From Alphaproteobacteria bacterium (lineage in GTDB: Bacteria > Pseudomonadota > Alphaproteobacteria > GCA-2731375): DNA of 51,125 bases. Numbering within the stretch: position 1 is the stretch's first letter; the number at the start of each line of letters is the position of its first letter. The stretch covers positions 1-51,125 of the forward strand of contig JAPYUH010000004.1 of assembly GCA_029936195.1 (NCBI GenBank). The letters run 5' to 3'. The translations under genes and the position numbers were made by a program. A model generated the notes under the pieces. That model was not told where the DNA came from and searched no databases. It saw nothing but the letters and a program-made list of their open reading frames with translations. Shown here one piece after another: positions 45,935-51,125 of the stretch.

Positions 45935-46759
45935 ATGCTGGCGGAACTGCCCGAGGACGCGGCGAGGGGGCCTGTCGCAGGGATTTATGATGATATCCGC
46001 CGCCTGTGGGCGGTGCCATATGTCTCCTCCCTGCAGCGGCATTTGGCGACCAAACCGGGGTGGTTGGAATGGTCTTGGTCTGCGTTGGCGCCGGCCTTCC
46101 GGTCGGGCGCGGCACAAACTGTTGCTTGGCGTTTGGCGGCGGAACTGAAATTGCCGTCGCTGCTACCGATTGAGCCGGCTTCGATTGACCTGGACGGAAA
46201 TGATGTCCGAATGGTCGAAGATATTTGCGCCAGTTTCGTGCGGGTGGCGCCGGTCAATTTGATGTTTGCCGGTTTGCTGCGTCGCTTGTTGCATGGGCAG
46301 GCGCCCGAAGGTGCCGGTTGGCCGGCCGCCAATCAGTCGTCGCCGTGGTCGCCGCCAATGATGCCGTCCTTGCCCGCCATGATGGATATCGAAACGGCCC
46401 CCGATGAGATCCGCGCGGCGTTATTGCGCCTCGGTACGGATGTCGATGGCATGCCGTTCGTGCCCGGCCTATACCGAATTCTGGCCCAATGGCCGGCGCT
46501 TATCGAATTTTTGGCCGATGTCTTGCCGCCCCTGAAGAATGCGGACGAGACCGAGGCGGCCAGGTTGGAGCTTTTGCGGCGGATCGACGGTGCGGTCGAC
46601 GAGATATTCGCGTCCTTGCCGGCCCTGGCGCCGGTCCGGATGCCATCCCCGAAAGAGCGCGAAGCCGTGCTGGCCGCCCTGGATACCTATCGGCGAACCA
46701 GCCCAGAAATGGTGATATTCGGGCAAGTGATCTCTAATGCCATGAATTCCACAAGCTAG
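45935..46759 (+). CDS. DehI-family-like protein (group I alpha-haloacid dehalogenase fold, PF10778-like); function uncertain
   Basis: Internal two-fold repeat. The N-terminal block GIYDDIRRLWAVPYVSSLQRHLATKPGWLEWSW resembles, from memory, the DehI block YEDIR..L.VPWV....R.LA..PGYL...W. The second-half block is GLYRILAQWPALIEFLADVL. Confidence 0.5.
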   Translation: MLAELPEDAARGPVAGIYDDIRRLWAVPYVSSLQRHLATKPGWLEWSWSALAPAFRSGAAQTVAWRLAAELKLPSLLPIEPASIDLDGNDVRMVEDICASFVRVAPVNLMFAGLLRRLLHGQAPEGAGWPAANQSSPWSPPMMPSLPAMMDIETAPDEIRAALLRLGTDVDGMPFVPGLYRILAQWPALIEFLADVLPPLKNADETEAARLELLRRIDGAVDEIFASLPALAPVRMPSPKEREAVLAALDTYRRTSPEMVIFGQVISNAMNSTS

Positions 46760-46823
46760 GTCTATCGCGCTTGAACTTGCGGGGTTAAAATAGGCGGCAA
46801 ATCAAACGGGCGGGGGACGGCAT

Positions 46824-47297
46824 ATGAGTGGTTGGCAGTGGTTTTGGACCCTGGTGGGGTTCATCATCTACATAGTCGTTCTGATCTTTTTGTATTTCTA
46901 TCAACCATTCGAGGATCTGTTTAAATTGATCGTCAATGGTTTGAGCTATGAAAATGCAATTTTCTGGGCGGTGGTGATCGTCGGTATCGCAGGTTTCTGC
47001 GGCTATCACTGGCGCGCCTATCGCAGCCATATTGTCGAACAGCGCAGTGTCGAGGGCATGGTGCTGACCTCGTTGCGCGGCTCTACCTTCATCGCCATTC
47101 TGTTCAGCGCAGGGGCCACCTTGCAGGCTGTGCAGATCCTGTGCGTCTATTTGCTGCAGCCCGGCTATACCCTGGACGGCGCCTTCGGCACCCGCCTGGC
47201 TGCCATCATCGCCCTGGTTGTTCTGACCGGCGTTTTCTGCGTTATTTTCTGGCTGTTGAAAGTCATGCGCCCGGTCAGCCGCCGGGGCGAGGCGTAG
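46824..47297 (+). CDS. Hypothetical membrane protein (4 predicted TM helices)
   Basis: 157-aa hydrophobic ORF. No recognisable family. Confidence 0.5.
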   Translation: MSGWQWFWTLVGFIIYIVVLIFLYFYQPFEDLFKLIVNGLSYENAIFWAVVIVGIAGFCGYHWRAYRSHIVEQRSVEGMVLTSLRGSTFIAILFSAGATLQAVQILCVYLLQPGYTLDGAFGTRLAAIIALVVLTGVFCVIFWLLKVMRPVSRRGEA

Positions 47298-47326
47298 CGG
47301 CGGAGCCTGAGTTAAAGAGTTTAATC

Positions 47327-48244
47327 ATGAAAGATCCCGAACATATTATCTACGAGGCCGTGGACGGCCGCGCCCGCATCACCCTGAACCGACCCGCCAA
47401 GCGCAATGCCTTGTCCATTCCCCTGTTGGAGGAACTGCATGCCGCACTGTGGGAGGCGGACAATGACAAGGATGTGCATTCCATCATCCTGCGTGGCGCC
47501 GGCAAATCCTTTTCGGCCGGCTATGATCTGACGCCGGGCCTGAACAATCCGCCATCCGGCGGGCGGCCGGGACGGACCTATCGCGAGGGCGGCATTTATG
47601 CCGACCCGACCATTGATGATGATATCTGGCGCCTGGAATATTCCCAGCGCCTGCGCATGGTTTTGTTCGATATGCACAAGCCCGTGCTGGCCCAGGTGCA
47701 CGGGTATTGCCTGGCGGGAGGCACCGATATCGCCTTGTTGTGCGATATGGTGATCGCGGCGGATGACGCCATCATCGGTTTTCCGCCCGCCCGGGATCTC
47801 GGCTCTCTGCCGAACCAGATGTGGGTCTATCATTGCGGCCCGCAATGGGCCAAGCGCCTAGTCCTCACGGGGGATACAGTGACGGGGGCGGAAGCGGCCC
47901 AGATCGGCCTGGTGATGAAATCCGTGCCGGCGGACATGTTGGAGGCCGAGGTTGAGGGCCTGGCCGACCGCATGGCCATGATCGACCCGGACCTGTTGAC
48001 CGCCAACAAACGCATTGTCAATGTGGGCCTTGAATTGATGGGCGCGCGCACCTTGCAGCGCATGGCGGCGGAAAACGATGCCCGCGCCCATCTGGCGCTC
48101 GGCACCCGCTCGTTCCGCCAGGTCGCCCGCGAACACGGCTTGAAGGCGGCCCTGGACGGCCGGGATGCAAATTTCGGCGACGGCCGGGCCCGGGTCAACG
48201 GCCCGGAAATCCGAGATGAGAACGGCAACTTGATCGACCCCTAA
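47327..48244 (+). CDS. Enoyl-CoA hydratase/isomerase (crotonase) family protein
   Basis: Trimmed to MKDPEHIIYEAVDGRARITLNRPAKRNAL, with GAGKSFSAGYDL oxyanion-hole motifs. Confidence 0.85.
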   Translation: MKDPEHIIYEAVDGRARITLNRPAKRNALSIPLLEELHAALWEADNDKDVHSIILRGAGKSFSAGYDLTPGLNNPPSGGRPGRTYREGGIYADPTIDDDIWRLEYSQRLRMVLFDMHKPVLAQVHGYCLAGGTDIALLCDMVIAADDAIIGFPPARDLGSLPNQMWVYHCGPQWAKRLVLTGDTVTGAEAAQIGLVMKSVPADMLEAEVEGLADRMAMIDPDLLTANKRIVNVGLELMGARTLQRMAAENDARAHLALGTRSFRQVAREHGLKAALDGRDANFGDGRARVNGPEIRDENGNLIDP

Positions 48245-48936
48245 TGAGCCTGACGATCGGCATTCTTGAGGGCGGCGCGGTGGCGCCGCAATTTGCCGCG
48301 CATTTTACGTCCTTCACGGAGTCGTTCCGGCGCTTTCTGGCGCCAAATGACGACGGCCCCAATTTGCGCCCCTACCGATGTTATGCCGGCGAATTTCCCG
48401 ACAGCGGCGAGGCCTGCGACGGCTGGCTGATCACAGGCAGCGCCGCCAGCGTCCGTGACGATGATGGCTGGATCGCGGATTTGGAGGCCTTCACCCGCAC
48501 CGCGTCCGAAACCAGACCTTTGGTCGGTATCTGTTTTGGCCATCAATTGGTGGCGCAGGCCTTCGGCGGTACGGTGGGGAAGGCGGCGGGCTGGGGTGTC
48601 GGCGTGCATGGGCATGACATCACGGGGTCCGGCGCGCCATCGCGGCGGCTGAATTTGCTGGCCTCCCACCAGGACCAGGTGATGACGCCGCCACCCGGCG
48701 CCGAGGTGCTGGGGGGCAGTGATTTCTGCCCCATCGGCGTCATGTTGGTCGGCGCAAATGTGCTGAGCATTCAAAATCATCCGGAAATGACCAAGGTCTT
48801 CGCCACCGACCTTTACGCCCACCGGCGCGAAATTATCGGCGCGGACGTGGCCGACAGGGCCCTGGCCAGTCTGGAGCAGCCCACCAACGAGGCCGATGTG
48901 CGTACCTGGATTCTGGATTTCCTCGATCGTCAATGA
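48244..48936 (+). CDS. Class I glutamine amidotransferase-like protein (GMP synthase-type GATase1 domain)
   Basis: Nucleophile elbow GICFGHQL and a distal HPE (NHPEM). TAATG overlap with the crotonase gene. Confidence 0.8.
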   Translation: MSLTIGILEGGAVAPQFAAHFTSFTESFRRFLAPNDDGPNLRPYRCYAGEFPDSGEACDGWLITGSAASVRDDDGWIADLEAFTRTASETRPLVGICFGHQLVAQAFGGTVGKAAGWGVGVHGHDITGSGAPSRRLNLLASHQDQVMTPPPGAEVLGGSDFCPIGVMLVGANVLSIQNHPEMTKVFATDLYAHRREIIGADVADRALASLEQPTNEADVRTWILDFLDRQ

Positions 48937-49041
48937 GACGCCCCGCCGCCGCGATTGAGTTTTTGGTGGATTTCGGCCTAATCTGATCGGCGGAATAAAG
49001 TATTTCGCCACGTCTTCCACATTGAGGAGTATCGAACCGCC

Positions 49042-50190
49042 ATGGATTATCAGAGGATTTCGGCCGATTGTCATCTGGACCTGCCCTGGATGCCGCCGAC
49101 GCTGTTTACATCCGAAGCCTCCAACGCCATGCGCGACCGCATGCCCTATGTGGAAGATGGCCCCGACGGCCCGCATTGGGTCACCAAGAAAGGCGCCAAT
49201 TTCGGGTTGCTGAACGGCGTCGGCCCCGGCGGGGCAAAGCTGGTGCCGGGCCAGAACCGCCGGGTGGATATCATGGCCGAGACCGGCATGTTCGAAGATG
49301 GGCAAAAAGGCGTGCAACGGGTGTCCGACCCGCATATGCGCCTCAAGGAAATGGACCGCGATGGCGTGGATGCGGAAGTGATCTTCGGCATTCTTGGTTC
49401 GGCCTCCAAAATGCAGGACAGCGAAGCCTCAATCGAGCTGTTCCGCATTTATAATGATTGGCTGAAAGACTTTTGCAGCTATTACCCGGATCGCCAGATC
49501 GGTCTGGCCTGTCTGCCCTATGGCGACATTGACGCGGCGGTGGCGGAAGTCCATCGTTGCGCCAAGATGGGTCTGCGCGGCCTGGAATTGTCCTGTTCCT
49601 GGGACATGGACCCCATGTGGCATCCTTGCTGGGAACCCTTGTGGCAGGCCGTCAACGAGGTGCAATTGCCGCTGCATTTCCACACCTTTCCGACCACATC
49701 GCCAGTGGCCCGGGAAATGACCTCCGGCCAGGTGCGCCGGGCGGCGATGTTCACCGGCGTGTCGGCTTTCCAAATGGGCTTGATCCATATCCTGGCCGCC
49801 TTGATGGGCGCGGGCGTGTTTGAGCGCTATCCGAATATCAAGGTCTCCTTGGGCGAAAGCGGCGTGGGCTGGATACCCTACGCGCTTGACCGCATGGACT
49901 TTGAGTTCGAGGACCGGTTCCGCGATCTCATGAAACTGAAGCCGTCGGAATATTGGCAGCGCCAGTGCAAGGCGACTTTTCAGTATGATCCGATCGGCCC
50001 GATGCTGGTCAACAAGCGGGATCTGATGACGGAAGATACCCTGATGTGGGGCTCCGACTACCCCCACACGGACGGCATCTGGCCCGAATCAAGCAAATAT
50101 ATTGACGAGCAGTTCGCCGGTCTGACAGCGGCGCAGATCCAAAAGATTACCTGCGACAATGCGGTGGAATTCTACAATCTAAGAAATTAG
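49042..50190 (+). CDS. Amidohydrolase_2 (ACMSD-like metal-dependent hydrolase/decarboxylase) family protein
   Basis: ISADCHLD N-terminal metal ligands, HFHTFP, and C-terminal WGSDYPHTDG. Confidence 0.8.
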   Translation: MDYQRISADCHLDLPWMPPTLFTSEASNAMRDRMPYVEDGPDGPHWVTKKGANFGLLNGVGPGGAKLVPGQNRRVDIMAETGMFEDGQKGVQRVSDPHMRLKEMDRDGVDAEVIFGILGSASKMQDSEASIELFRIYNDWLKDFCSYYPDRQIGLACLPYGDIDAAVAEVHRCAKMGLRGLELSCSWDMDPMWHPCWEPLWQAVNEVQLPLHFHTFPTTSPVAREMTSGQVRRAAMFTGVSAFQMGLIHILAALMGAGVFERYPNIKVSLGESGVGWIPYALDRMDFEFEDRFRDLMKLKPSEYWQRQCKATFQYDPIGPMLVNKRDLMTEDTLMWGSDYPHTDGIWPESSKYIDEQFAGLTAAQIQKITCDNAVEFYNLRN

Positions 50191-50213
50191 AGCATCTCGC
50201 GGTCCATGCGGGC

Positions 50214-51125
50214 CTACCGGTGCGCACCCGGCGCGCCGAGGCGGGCGGAGGTGCTTAGCGCCGTGCGGGCGGCGGCGCCTCGGCTGTTGGCGTGCAGGCC
50301 GCCGTAGGGGCCGCGCTTGATGAATTGGCCGTCGCCGGCGTGGCCCAGGTACATGCCGCCGTCGATGATCACCTTGCCTCGGGAGAGCACGGTTTCAGTG
50401 AAACCGCGCACCTTCATGCCTTCGTAGGCGTTGTAGTCGACCTTCATGTGATGGGTATGGGGGTTGTGCAGGGAAATCGTCTCCTCCCGGTTGGGATCGA
50501 AGATGACGATGTCGGCGTCGCTGCCCACGGCGATGGTGCCCTTTTTGGGGAACATGCCGAAAATTTTCGCCGGCGAGGTGGAGGTCAACTCCACGAATCG
50601 GTTGAGGGTGATATTGCCGTGGTTGACGCCGCGATGATAGATCAGGCTCATGCGGTTCTCCACACCGGGGCCGCCGTTGGGAATCTGGCTGAAGTCGTCC
50701 CGGCCAATCTCCTTTTGGTCGCGGATGCAGAACGGGCAATGATCCGTGGAGATCACGTCCAGGGCCGAATTGCGCAGGCCGCCCCATAACTCCTCCTGGT
50801 TCCATTTTTCCCGCAACGGCGGGGTCAGCACGTACTTGGCGCCGTCAAAGCCCGGCTGGTCGTAGCAATCGATGTCCAGCAACAGATATTGCGGGCAGGT
50901 TTCCGCATGGGCCATTACCCCCCTGGCCTGGGCCATGCGCAACTGTTCCAGGGCATCGAAGCAACTGAGATGAACCAGATAAACCGGCGCCTGGGCCACC
51001 TCGGCAATGGCCAGAGCCCGGTGCGCGCCCTCCGCCTCCAGGCGGGTGGGGCGGGTCAGGGCGTGGTATTTGGGTTCGGTATGGCCTTCCGCCAGCGCCG
51101 CCTTGACCAGTTCGTCGATGACGAT
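50214..51125 (-). CDS. Dihydropyrimidinase / D-hydantoinase; C-terminal about 300 codons. The gene runs off the right edge.
   Basis: The frame is open from 51125: IVIDELVKAALAEGHTEPKYHALTRPTRLEAEG... It continues through PVYLVHLS, ETCPQYL, STDHCPF and GSDADIVIFDP. Confidence 0.85.
   Translation of the reverse strand: MVIDELVKAALAEGHTEPKYHALTRPTRLEAEGAHRALAIAEVAQAPVYLVHLSCFDALEQLRMAQARGVMAHAETCPQYLLLDIDCYDQPGFDGAKYVLTPPLREKWNQEELWGGLRNSALDVISTDHCPFCIRDQKEIGRDDFSQIPNGGPGVENRMSLIYHRGVNHGNITLNRFVELTSTSPAKIFGMFPKKGTIAVGSDADIVIFDPNREETISLHNPHTHHMKVDYNAYEGMKVRGFTETVLSRGKVIIDGGMYLGHAGDGQFIKRGPYGGLHANSRGAAARTALSTSARLGAPGAHR

Noticed and set aside
1-51125. Mobile elements, CRISPR arrays, tRNA/rRNA genes, toxin-antitoxin pairs or known defence systems.
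   Set aside because: By eye I found none of the following:
- transposase, integrase or phage-like ORFs
- arrays of regularly spaced repeats
- T-loop (GGTTCGAATCC-like) signatures
- characteristic defence-gene domains

A covariance-model or HMM scan is still needed to exclude small RNAs.

Overview
High-GC (roughly 60-65%) chromosomal segment that looks alphaproteobacterial, probably Rhodospirillales-like. This placement is an inference from the rpmH-rnpA-yidD-yidC-yihA-argB gene order, the DUF2336 paralogs and a Tim14-like J-domain membrane protein.

About 50 protein genes, mostly housekeeping or metabolic:
- mgsABC-gmaS-type cluster (N-methylglutamate pathway of methylamine use)
- galU-ugd-phosphohexomutase
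- dapD-dapE
- upp
- leucine-type dehydrogenase
- acyl-CoA dehydrogenase
- crotonase/GATase1/amidohydrolase/dihydropyrimidinase block
- class III adenylate cyclase
- PAS-GAF-GGDEF gene flanked by two DUF2336 paralogs

I found no rRNA, tRNA, CRISPR array, IS/transposase, integrase, phage gene or recognisable defence system.

What stands out:
1. A tightly coupled five-gene operon: upp, a YrdC-like protein, a carbamoylsarcosine-amidase-like hydrolase, an unclassifiable membrane protein and an amidase. It matches no pathway I can name.
2. A DUF2336 / diguanylate cyclase / DUF2336 operon.
3. An unusual density of disrupted reading frames. There are three in-frame stop codons, one frameshift caused by expansion of a 7-bp tandem repeat, and one 5' gene remnant.
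4. Two small low-GC islets carrying orphan genes.
5. Several short tandem and inverted repeats in intergenic DNA.

All functional calls rest on my reading of the translated motifs. No database search was run.
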